Source: Selaginella moellendorffii
Taxonomy: Eukaryota; Plantae; Lycopodiophyta
DNA length: 64,000 nucleotides
Direction: 5' to 3'
Assembly: GCF_000143415.4 (NCBI RefSeq)
Contig: NW_003314309.1
Coordinates: 1,299,897-1,363,896, forward strand
Of this stretch, positions 26,574-38,300 are shown in pieces. Each line of letters begins with the position of its first letter. Within the stretch, counting starts at the first letter, position 1. The translations under genes were made by a program, and so were the position numbers. Under the pieces are notes generated by a model, which was not told where the DNA came from, ran no database searches, and worked only from the letters and a program-made list of their open reading frames with translations.

Positions 26574-26991
26574 GATGGCATGTATTTATTTAAAAATGTA
26601 ACTTATTATGGCATGGGGTTCCATGCCATTGTATTAATATTAAAAGATAATTCTTTGAGAAGATTTGCATTATACTAGAAGTGTTACAGCATGTTATTGG
26701 AAGTCTACGAAGTTGTTTTATTAATAAGGGGAAGGTAAAGATTGAATGGGGACTTGGGCTCCACCTAGACTCGGAGCAACTGAGCCAATATTAAAAGGAT
26801 GGAAAGAAATTGGACGACGATGACAAGGAGAAGAGAGAGGTGAAGCAGTGGCAGGGGGAGGAGAAGTGATTGAGTAGACATTTCCTTGTTTAAAATAAAA
26901 TGGCATGTGCCTCAATGCAGTTGAATTTTGTTATATTTATATACTATATAAAGGTTTGGAAACCTTATTTTACAAGTGGGATAATGACAAT

Positions 26992-27016
26992 TCCCACTTT
27001 AACGAAATAGAGCTTA
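26992..27016 (-). repeat. Right TIR
   Basis: TCCCACTTTAACGAAATAGAGCTTA. Confidence 0.95.
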
Positions 27017-27432
27017 TGCTGAGAACATTGCCAGTGCATTGCACAACCCAAAGGGCATCACTAGAAATTCAAAGCTTTCATACTTCATTTGATAAGTTGT
27101 CTTTTTGACTTTAGGTTAATTCTTGAGAAGTATTTTGCCTTTCCCAACCTAATGAAAAAATCCTCAATCTTTCATAAAGGGTATTTGTTCTTCTTTGTAT
27201 ACTTGTTGAGTAATTGGTAGTCTATGCACATGCATATAGAGCCATCTTTTTTTTTCACAAATAACACTAACACACTATATGACAACTTACTCAATCTAAC
27301 ATATCCTTTATCCACCAACTTCTCAAGTTGGCACTTGAGATCCTTAAGTTCTTTTTCGTTTAATCAATAAGGGGGACAAACCACTGCCTTAGCACTCTTG
27401 ACTAGCTTGATATTATGTTCTATTGGTCGGGT
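27017..27432 (-). mobile_element. Gypsy RT fragment
   Basis: Minus strand reads ..[35 protein letters not shown]. Confidence 0.8.
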
Positions 27433-30400
27433 TGTAAGCCATAAATTTTTCCTTTCCAATTTGCCAGCTTACCTTATATATTTGACCAACACTGCTTTGG
27501 CTTTAGCTAAGTCCAATCGCTAAGGTTCCCACCAATTGTACCAGCTCCTACCTGGTCTTACTTGGTCTCAGCTACTCATTACACGAGCAACGGAGCATTA
27601 GCCACCCATCCACGGATTCCCAAATCTCTCCCAATCCCCCTTTCCGGGCTAAACTAGACTTAAGGTTCGGCTACACTCCCCGCAGGCACAAGCAGCTAAG
27701 CACACCAAGCCTCTAGGTTTCTAACATCCCTTGGTACCACAGGACTTCATCATGGGACCCTCTAAATCCAAATTCTTGGGTGCAACACATGCTTTGGGAC
27801 GTCGGGGTGAAACACCGTGGCCTAACAGCCCGGTATGGGTACCCCCCACTTCCATCCCAAAGGGAAGGCCCAAGCCCCTAGGAAGGGCGAGGACCAATGA
27901 GCCGCAAAGTACTCAAGTGGGGCACCACTTCACATGAGCCGGGAGCACCGCAGTCAGTTTCCCTTTCGAGAGTGGGAGTTGCTCTTGAGCACTTCCTTGG
28001 GTGGCCCCTCCGGCACCACCCAAGTCCATGCTCACTCCCACCCAAGGCCCCTCGGCCCCAGTCTCAACCTCAAGTTAGTTTGGAAGCACTACTGGAGAGT
28101 TCCTTCAAAACTGGTTCCTGAACCTCACTATCCCTACTATACTTTTAGAACCCCCTACAATTCGATACCCACATCAAACATCTCTTTTTAATTCTACAAC
28201 TTGTTGACCATGTCTCCGGAGGCATCCCCCCACTTAGCGGTGTGCCTAAGTTAGCCTCCCCGGCCAAGAGCCCATGACAACGGAATATAGGTGTCCCTAT
28301 ACCCCTCACCTCACCACGCCCTAGTATGGGGGTGGGACTTGAACCCAACCTTGCTTTACTAAGGGGTTGGGACTCGAACCCAACCTCCGTAGAATACGTC
28401 TATGGATTTGACATCCCCGTGGGGAGTCAGGTGTAGTTCTCTACGCCTAGTTGACATAGTTAACCCATGCTAATTAGCTTACCTTCAGTGCGCCTTCAGG
28501 TCCCAACATATGCCATTGCTCGACTTCACAAATGGATGCTTCTAATTGAACTTTGTATAAGTATATAGAGTTCTGCCTTGCAGAAATTCCTCCACTAGAT
28601 CTTGCACATTCCCTAGGTTCTCCTCCAGTTCCCATGTTGCTTTGCAGTGTGGAAATCCTTTCCACTTCACATGGAACTCTCTCACCTCGTGTCCTTGTCG
28701 CTTGCTCTTGCGCGCATTGAGGATGGCCTCCACTTCATATTCCTCTTCTCTTTGGATAACCTTAGGTAAATGTCTCACTTGGTCCTTGCGAAGTGGATCC
28801 TTAAAGTACGGCTTGAGTAAGTTCACATGGAACACTAGGTGCATCTTCCCTATCTCTCGAGGAAGTCGGAGGTAGTAAGCCACTTTATCGATTTGTGCCT
28901 CAATCTCATAAAGCCCTGTGAACTTGCTTAAGGAACTCAAGATCAGTTCATTTCCAGGAATACATGCATCTTACCTTTGGGTTAACTTCCGGCTGATCCT
29001 ACTTGGTAGCCTTAGGTTCTTGATGTTCAGCCACACCTTCTCCCCAAGTTAGAACTCTACGCCCCAACGCTTCTGGTTCGCATACTTGGTTTGCCTGTGT
29101 TGAGCCCGTTCCAAGGAATCCCTCACTAAATTCCAAATGTTGAGTCTTTCCACCGTGAATGCCTCCACTGCGGATAACTCTCCATGATACTCGGCCATGT
29201 TGAATTCCACAGGACCTTCAATAGCTCGCCCATTGATGACTTCCCATGGACTCACCCCGATACTCGAGTATGGTGAGATGTTATAGCACATTTCTGCAAG
29301 GCCCAAATGACTTACCCAATCAGTCTGGTCTCCAGAGATATAAGATTGCAGATAATCCTCCAGCTGCCTTTCCATTTCTCCATCTGTCAAGAAGTGTTAG
29401 TGCCATCCAACTTGACTTAATACCCAATACCTGTCTATGGGTGATAGGCTGTGTTGAATTTCAACTTGGTGCGATATTGTTCCAGGAGAGTTCTCCAAAA
29501 CCTGCTGGTAAAGATCTTATCTTGATCCAAGATTATCTCCTTTGGCCTTCCCCACACTCGAACCACTTGTTTGAAGAACAACTTCACCACACCTTCCGCA
29601 TCCACTTCCGTAGTGGTGGGTATAAAATGTGCCATCTTCGAAAATTGGTCCACCACCACGAATATCGCATCAAACCCCTCACTTGAGGGGAGTCCCATGA
29701 TGATGTCCATCATAAGACATTTCCACAGACGATCTGGAATTGGGATGCTTTGTAACAAGCCCCCACTAGCCTTAGTCACAGCTTTGACCTGCTAACATGT
29801 TGGACATGTCTTTATATAGTCTTGGACGTCCTTAGCCATATTTGGCCAGTGATACTTCCTCTTGAGTAAGCCCATCGTTTTAGGCACTCTGCCGTGTCCT
29901 GCAAGAGGTCCATCATAACACTCTTCTAAGGCTACCTTCCTTAGTTCCCCTTTTCAAACATATACCCTCGTTTGTTTGTAATAGATGAGTCTATAACTCA
30001 TTTTTTCTTCCGTTGGCAGCTCACCTTTCTGATGAGCTTCCTACGCCTCTAGATTCCTCAGCAACACTTCTTGTGCTAGACCATCATTCTCATATGCTGT
30101 CCACATATCATCCCAAAAGGTTGTTGTCATGCTGGATATCACCAACTTCAAACTCGCTTTTCGACTTAGAGCATCCACCACGATGTTGCTCTTCCTAGGT
30201 TTGTACAGAATCTCACAATCAAACTCGGCCAAAGCATTGGCCCACTGACCCTGTTTCCCCCTCATGTTGGGTTGTGACAAGAAGTGTTTCATTGCCACAT
30301 TGTTTGTGTAAACTTTGAAGTGTCTCCCAAGGTAGTGTCTCCACTCCTTGAGTGCCTTGACCACCGCAAATAATTCCTTCTCGTGGGCAAGCCACTTCTG

Positions 30401-31190
30401 TTGAGTCTTGTTCAACTTTTTCGAGAAGAACGCTACTAGATGGTTGTCTTGCTTCAACACTACACCCAACACAAAGTCCGAAGCATCTATTTCTACTTCA
30501 AAGTCCTTACCAAAATCTGGTAATGCCAACACGGGAGCCTTCCTCAATTTCCCTTTGAGGTGGACAAATGCCGCCTCGCATTCCACTGTCCATACCATCT
30601 TCCCTTTACCCGTTTGGTCCGTTAAAGGCAGGGCTACTCTCGAATAGTGTTTGATAAACTTTCGGTAGTAGTTGCATAGCCCCAAGAATGCCCTTAACTC
30701 GCGTACATTCGATGGTCGTTCCCATTTTTGGATCGCTTAGACCTTCTCAAGGTCCACCTTGAGCCTGTCCTTGCCCACCACATGCTCGAGAAACTTTACC
30801 TCTTGCTGAGCAAAGTCACATTTGCTCTCTTTAGCATACAACTAGTGTTCCCTTAGTTTCTCAAACACCTTCGTCAAGTGTTTGGCATGCTCCTCTAGCA
30901 TCTTGCTATAGATCAGGATGTTGTCAATATAGACAACCATGAAGTGATCCAGATAGGGTACAAAGATGTGGTTCATCAATGCCGAAAACTTTGCCAGTGC
31001 ATAGCCCGAAGGGCATCACCAGAAACTCAAAACTCCCATACCTTGTTCGATAGGTTGTCTTCTTGATATCTTCCTTCGCTACCCTAATCCTAACTTTAGG
31101 TCAATCCTCGAAAAGTATTTTGCTTTTCCCAACCTATCGAATAAGTCCTCAATCCTTGGCAAAGGGTACTTATTCTTCTTTGTATACTTG
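27433..31190 (-). mobile_element. Degenerate chromovirus (Ty3/Gypsy): RT-RH-INT-chromodomain plus 3' region
   Basis: RH (30041-30685, EIDASDFVLG..HEKELFAVV); INT (29435-29779); chromodomain EYEVEAIL..FHVKWKGFP..TWE (28542-28940); LTR-like end GGAAAAATTTATGGCTTACA at 27433. Confidence 0.9.
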
Positions 31191-31194
31191 TCCC

Positions 31195-31975
31195 TTTTAT
31201 GCTAGTGGAGTTAATTGAGCATTTCAAGTGTCTTTAGATTAGACGAGTATAAGGGCAGAATTCCTACGTACTATTAGCTAAACACACTTAGCCTGGTAAG
31301 GAGTTCCCATCTTGTTATGTCTTGCACTGGCTAGTGACAAGAACCCCTACATATTAAGACCAGTCCCTTAATATTGCCAAATGATAACTTACCATATCTG
31401 CCAAACATCCTCGTTATCATGCCTTATGTGTTGGTCTTGTTTAGTCCTAATTTATGGAAAGTGTCTAGATTTACTAATTTGGCATATCTATGGAATGTAA
31501 AGATTGTCCTAAACACAATGGTGTGGGTCATGTATTCAAATTCACAATCTAATGTCATTCCATATTTAATAAGTTTTCATGTTTGTCCCAGAGACTAACT
31601 TTTGGTACCAAGGATGACTAAGGGTGAAAGCCCAAAGCATGCATTCCTCAAAAGGGGGGTTGTGGGGGTTCTAAATGTATAGTAGGGATAGTGGGTAGGT
31701 CAGGTATGGTTAACCAACCTGCTTGTATGCTTAGGTTTAAGCCTAAGTTCCATACCATGCTAATTAATAGAGTACCCATATTTTCATGTTAGGCTGCTAA
31801 ACTAGCATTAAACTCTATTTAGCTCCATTTTGCATTTTGGTCCTGGCATTGGGATGTTGGATACTATAGGATTATTCTTATGTGGCTCTGTGCTTCTGTC
31901 CTTTCACTCCTTGAGTTGAATGCTTAGGAGTTGCTCTATGTTTTAGTTCCTTCACTCCTTGGCTCCATGCTTATT
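31195..31975 (+). mobile_element. Degenerate partial LTR family B
   Basis: Similarity to 4230-5090. Confidence 0.7.
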
Positions 31976-32387
31976 AAACAAGTATATAACTTAATGAAGT
32001 GAGTTTAGTGTTTGGGTCTTATGAAGCAAGTTGAAGAGTGGTTGTTAGTTGCTTTACAACTAGTGATTGCTTATAGACTTTGTTAAGGACTTTAACATTT
32101 GCTTTGTTTGATGATGATTTAGCAATGGTGGGCTTACTTTACCAAATGGTGTTGCAAACATTAAACTTACGTAGTTTTTCCATGTTAGCGTGTCAACTCT
32201 ACCTTTATCGATATTATTTGATTGTGTTTAGTTTGTAGTGTTGGATTACATTGAGTCTTGGATGTGGTGATTCACTCCTTAATGATGTGTTATATATAGC
32301 TGAGTATTATTGAAGGATTAGTCTCAGATGCTAAGTATAATATCTTCAACCTTGGTTAGTTTAGTTGCTAAAAAGTTTTGAGTGGTG

Positions 32388-35300
32388 TGTGAGAAACAAA
32401 ATCCCTAGGCCCCATAGTGGAGCCAAAAGGGTGCCACATGGTAGTGGCCAAATCGAAAGCCAAACAAGTGTAACGATAGAAGTAAGAGCTCGTAGCAAAT
32501 CCCAGAAACAATAGACCTCCAATGAGAAGTTTGGACTAAAAAGCTCCGACTTGAAAAGGTCGGGAGTGGGAGTGGAACTCCCAACGAAGTGCTTGAGGAA
32601 CGAGCACAAAGCGAGCAATAAGCGAGGCTCCAAAAGGGGACCCAAAAGGACCAACACATGACACGTGGAAGTGTTCGAGATGGACCCGAGTTGGGGTCCG
32701 AAGTGGAGTCCGAAGTGGAGTCCGAAGTGGAGTCCGAGACGGAGTCCGAGGTGGACCTGAGATGGACCCGAGGTGGAGTCCGAGATGGAGTCCGAGATGG
32801 ACCCAAGATGGAGTCCGAGATAGAGTCCGAGATGGACCCGAGATAGAGTCCGAGATGGACCTGAGATGGAGTCTGAGATGGACCCGAGATGGAGTCCGAG
32901 ATGGACCCGAGATGGAGTCCGAGATGGACCCGAGATGGAGTCCGAGGTGGAGTCCGAGATGGACCCGAGATGGAGTCCAAAGTCGAGACTGAGACCGGGA
33001 CCGAGACCGAGACCGAGATCGGGACCAAGACCGAGACCGAGGCCGAGGCCGAGACCAAGCCCGAGTCCGAGTCCGAGTCCGAGTCCGAGCTCGAGTCCGA
33101 GTCCGAGTCCAAATCCGAATTCGAGTCTGAGAAGGTGAAAGCCCAAAGCGTTCGTCTCCCAGACCCTGGGGGGTTTGGTGAGCTCCAAAAGTATAGTAGG
33201 GGGAGGACTACAGTGGAGCCAGTTTGGCCAGGAAAGGCCAGTTTGGCCCAGGAAGGCCGGACCCAGTGTTGGGTGATGAGCTGCCCATTGGGAAGTCCAA
33301 GACTAGAGTGAACACGGACCGACAAGCGGGGTAGCTTGGTGAAGTGTTCAAGAGCCGGCTCTAGTTCCCCCGGAAGATCGACTGGCCGATGCTCCCAGTC
33401 CAAGTGTGGGTGGCACTACCTACTTGGATACCTATCGTGGCTCAACAGAACCTCCCTCTAAGCCCATGGCTAGAGCACCTAAAGGCGAAAGGCGAGGAGA
33501 GTACCCATGAGGCTTGCGTAAGGCCATGGTGTTTCGAAATGTTGTCCCAAAGTCCCAAACGATGAAATGGAAGAGGAGTAGGCCTCTAATGCAGTGACCA
33601 AGGATACGGTCACATGGTGAGGAAGTCCCAAAGGATAGTGGGACTTAGTGGTCAGGCCTGCGGGCCTTGATCTAGTGGCAGTGTTGGCGAACACGGCCAT
33701 AGACTAAAAGGGACTTGGTGGGGACTGGAAAAGAGTTGTCGGGGAAGGCTATTCCCCATGTCTGCGGGCATCCTAAGGATGCTAAGGAGTAGATCTAGGA
33801 TGATCGCTCATGGACAGATGGCCCAGTCTTTGAGAGATAGGATTATGATGCAGGTGGCGTTAGACCACTGGTGTGACCAAGGTGAATGGGCATGGCCTAG
33901 CGTAATGGGCTGGTATGTCGGTGGTACCTTGGGGTGTCGGTCATGGGATCGGACACGTGGAGCACTTGGACCAAGTGCAAAGGTTGAGTGGCATGGATGC
34001 CATTCTCAGGGCTGGCAAGCCCCAAGTCCTAACTGGGACTTATGGAGGTTGTGAATGAGACTCTTCCAAGTGGTCAGAGGTGCAGTTAAGTGACTAAAGT
34101 AAAATGGAAAAATTAGTCGCTTACAACTTGGTATCAGAGCTGTTCCTTAGTCCGACTTTTATTGGTGCTCAAGTATATCACCATTGATGTTGGCATCGGA
34201 AGGTCCTAGGAGTGGGCCTGTCCTTGAGGAGTATCATGTCGAGAGGACATGGCTCTCCACTCAAGTTCACGCGTGAACTTGGGCACAATGTGGTGGATAG
34301 AAAAGGGCCAATAATGGAACGACTTTGGGATCTTGGGAACAGTATAAGGGTTTCCTCAGAGAGCTAAGGATGTGATCCAGATGAACGTTTGACGCAGCAA
34401 ACGGGCTAATGTAGTTGTGGTAAACAATTATAGTTGGGATCACGGGGAAGATGTAAACTCCAAAACAATAAAGGAGTCACAAAATTACCCTCATATAGTT
34501 GAGGCTAGTGCTCATAACTTTGAGACATGAATTGATGACCATGGGAGGTCAAATACGGAAGAGGACACAAGTCCTTGAAATGGTAGTCGGGGCTACCTCT
34601 AATAAATGCTGGAACAACCCAGGAGTTGGGGGTGTACTCAGAGGATGAGTTGGTATTCTCATCACATAGACAAGTGGTCCTAAGGGGCAAAAGGTTGCCC
34701 CAAGAGAACAAATCAAGTGTCGGAGTAACACTTGCAAAGATGGTCCTTGTGAGCAAGACCTGAATACAAGAAGTTGTATTCCAGTGAGTTGACACCTCGA
34801 AAACTAAGACCTCTCAGGTCGTTGGATTAGCAAAGTCTAAAATGCTGGATGACTCAAGTGGAGTCAGGAAATAGTCCTAAGGGATTGGTTGAAGCATTTG
34901 GACGGAGGTGTATGGTGCCCCATGAGGTATGGGGAGGATCATAAGATCCAAGTATGAGAACAGTGAGTATCTCATTGATGGCAGAATGTGCCATATTAAA
35001 GTCGTGGGAAAGATGTTCCCAGAAGAAAACAACTTTGGCCCAGAGTTGGGTGCAAACACTATGGTGCAGTGCTAACGGATAGTTAGCATGAGGAACAACT
35101 ATATTGGTCTCGGCAAAAGACCTAAACACTAATAAGTAGTGTTATAAGGATAGGCTCGTGGAGCCGATGGTGTGGAGACGGTGCCAAGGCATGCTGCCTT
35201 GAGGTCAAGTTGGCGGGTTCATGAAAACCCCGTCCAAAGGAATCCCAATGGAAATGGGAATGGCATAGCTTAAGCTAGAAAGCATGCGGTTAGAGTGTGG

Positions 35301-38300
35301 TGATCCAGATAATGATAGAGGTGTGGAAACACTAGCAATGAGTTGTAGGACTTGACAACTATGAAACAATTAAGCAAAAGGTGCAAAATAATTCGTTAAA
35401 CGGGTAGAAGGCAACTACCTAAGACTTCTTATTGGGATAAAGAAGTTAGATATACCCTTATGAGGGATAAATTGCTTATGCTGCGAAATAGTAGGTCAAT
35501 GTCGTAAAGGGAATGCTCATTGCCAAAGAAGCCATCATTGGGACACCCAAGCACTCTAGAACACTAAAAGGTGGTGTTTGGTGTCATGAAGGCAATGGAT
35601 AATGCCCAAGGGACAAAGTCCCTAGCTAATGAAGGATAGGAGGTGCTATCCAAATGTCCAAGGTTGTGGAGACGGGAGAAGTCTGTCTACCCAAATTGGA
35701 CAAAGCCAAAGAAGGATTTTGGCAAGGCTAGTGATGGGCATATAAAGACCCATAAGTAGCAACGATAATCCCAGTGTGTGGGATTACAAGGTGAGTATAC
35801 CCAATTGAGGAACCACTCCCTAGGCTGTCGGGTAGGTTCATCCCTATGAATACTTGCCAAGGCATGATAGAAAGTGCAAAGGTATCCTCCAAGTCTGGAG
35901 GAGAATGACCGAAGGAAAAGTGTGAAGCCAAAAGCAAATAGTAAAGGGATAGAACCGAACCATAGGAATTGACAGGCATGACCAAGGGTGGTTATGCAAG
36001 TTGGGAGTGGATAATCAAGTGGGCACTCAAGCATGTTGTTACTAGCAACCGGGATGCCATAGAGAGTCAAAAACATGGGATTGTCCATGTTAGACTATAT
36101 GGCAATTGGAAAGCTTGCGAAAGGAGAGGCTTTAGCAAGCTAAAGGGACAGAGTTCCTTCGAAAGGTTCCCAAAGACAATTCTAGGTAGCTAGATACCTA
36201 GAAAGCCAAGTGTAAATGGTTCATAGAATGCGCAAAATCAAAGTGGTGCAGCAGAAGTGTGGTCTTGAAGCTTGCGATGAGGCGAGGCTATCAAGGTTGG
36301 GGAAGTAGTTCCCGAGTGTTCAAAGAGAGGGCTTTGAACGAAAGTCAATGATTGAGGACTTTCACGCTTATGCATGAACCATGTTACGATGGCCGAATAA
36401 CTTGCTAAGTGAGATTGGCAAGCTGGGGGAACGAATACCCTAGTTGAAGGAGCCAACTTCAAAGGGGTGGCCCATGGGGCCAAGCATGGAGGAGTCCATG
36501 CATGATCACAAACTTGTCAAGTGAGAGGACTTGGCAATGCGGAGGAACTAGGTTCCTAAGTTGTGATCTGTAGCACGCTTTAAATATAAGTTGGTGCACC
36601 GGTGTGGGGAGTCACACCAGGCATCCGATGTGATGCTGTCCGTAGATGCATATACGGAGGTTGGGTTCGAGTCCCGACCCTCTAGTGCTTGGGTTCGAGT
36701 CCCAACTTACTAGAGCGTGGTGATGGTTTGGAATATGAGGACACTCATATTTCGGTGGTCATGGACTCTCAGTGGGGAGACTGGTTTGGACACACCGCCA
36801 AGCGAGGGATGCCTCGGAGTTGTGATGCACGGTTAGATTGCTTAGTGTGAAAGCTCGGCATATCTAACTTGAACACTTTGGTGCAAGTGGCACCAAGGAC
36901 GTGGTGAGTGAGATGGGGACACCTAATCTCAGTTGCTATGAACCCTTGGCTGTAAGGGCTGGCTTGGGTGCACCGCCAAGTGTGGGGGATGCCCCCGGGG
37001 TTATGGTCAACAACTTGAAGGTCTAGAAGACCAAATACCTCTTGGCAACTCTGTTAAGACTAGGTGATCTTATGGCCAAATAAGGACAAGGTCCTTGGTT
37101 GGCTAAGGAATGAAGTTCCTAGTTCAAAATGTTGAATTGAACTGTTTAAGATGGTGTGGCTTGGTCATGATGACCAAGTGGGAAGAGCACCTAAGGGAAA
37201 TAAACTGTGTCCGTGCGATGGTATAGTGAGTCTGAGGAAAGTAGTCTCTATAAGAGACCCATGGGAGGGTCACGAAGCTGGGCCGTGGATAGAGCCCATA
37301 GTAGAAGATGCTAAAGAGACGTACTAGGGGTGAACATCCTCCGAACTTGGCAAAGAAGAGTCTTTGCTATGGAACCAAAGGGATACCTCGAAAATGGAGG
37401 TAGCGATCTTATATTACTGGGTGCAACAATCAAGGATAGGAGCAAAGGACTAGTGGCCAAGTTTGGGCCATGGAATTTAATGGAAGGGATCCAAATGGCA
37501 AAGTTAGCCAAGGAACACTAATGTGTTTGATGCTAACGGCTTGTGGGAAAGGAAGTGGACTTCCAAGGATGGATTCCTAAGTGCTCCAATTTGGCGAAGT
37601 AAAAGCTTTAAGTGAGGGAGCGGCAAAGTAGCCAAAAGATAGGGCCATGGACAGCCCTAGCACAAAATATGATAACTAGAACTCAGTACCAAAGGTGGCA
37701 TGAAATTGAACAGAGGATGATGGTGCCCCCAAGTGGAGAACTTCCTAGGATGTGGAACTGGAGTTGCACAATATGTGCAATGCAAGGTGTCGGAGACACC
37801 TAGGAAATTGACTTTGAGAAGTTAGAATTAAAAGTTCCAAAGTGCAAAGGTTATAGCGCTGGAAAGTGATACCACTCGAGAATGTGTAGTGGAATCGAGT
37901 TAGAGAAGATGTCTCTAACAGGTTTAGTGAGAACTAAACCAATAAAAGGAGAGAACCACCACAAGTGGTTGAATGAGCCTCTAAGTCGGGGAGGTTATGC
38001 TCCTTAGAGATGGACAAGGCATGGTAAGCCTTTGGTGTCAAACCATAGACAAATATTGGTTGGGTGCCAAGGATGGAAATGGTAACACGTGCGAGTGTTA
38101 CTTTATAAAAGGGTTTATCGTTCGATAAGGACATCGAACTTCGTCTATGGGTGGTGGAGTTGTGAGAAACAAAATCCCTAGGCCCCAAAGTGGAGCCGAA
38201 AGGGTGCCACATGGTAGTGGCCGAAGCGAAAGCCAAACGAGCGTAACACGTTTGGACTAAAAAGCTCTGACTTGAAAAGGTCGGGAGTGGGAGTGGAACT

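Larger units (their letters stand above)
13523..26921. promoter_or_regulatory. Dispersed 22-bp palindrome ATGGCRTG-N6-CAYGCCAT (~25 copies, some degenerate)
   Basis: Copies at 13839, 13928, 14528, 14688, 14834, 16174, 16231, 17834, 17904, 18002, 18677, 19534, 20980, 21057, 21117, 22394, 23893, 24034, 24220, 25456, 25531, 26608 and 26900, plus weaker ones; a regulatory role is inferred. Confidence 0.8.
13296..27016. mobile_element. 13.7-kb TIR DNA transposon (DDD/E, Sola-like) with a large accessory gene
   Basis: Perfect 25-bp terminal inverted repeats TAAGCTCTATTTCGTTAAAGTGGGA (13296-13320 and 26992-27016) enclosing a transposase and a divergent second gene. Confidence 0.9.

Noticed and set aside
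13839-26921. CRISPR-like interpretation of the recurring palindromes
   Set aside because: Irregular spacing from ~35 bp to over 1 kb, variable core, eukaryotic context and no cas genes
36658-36706. tRNA gene
   Set aside because: Only a B-box/T-arm-like word; no cloverleaf or A-box seen
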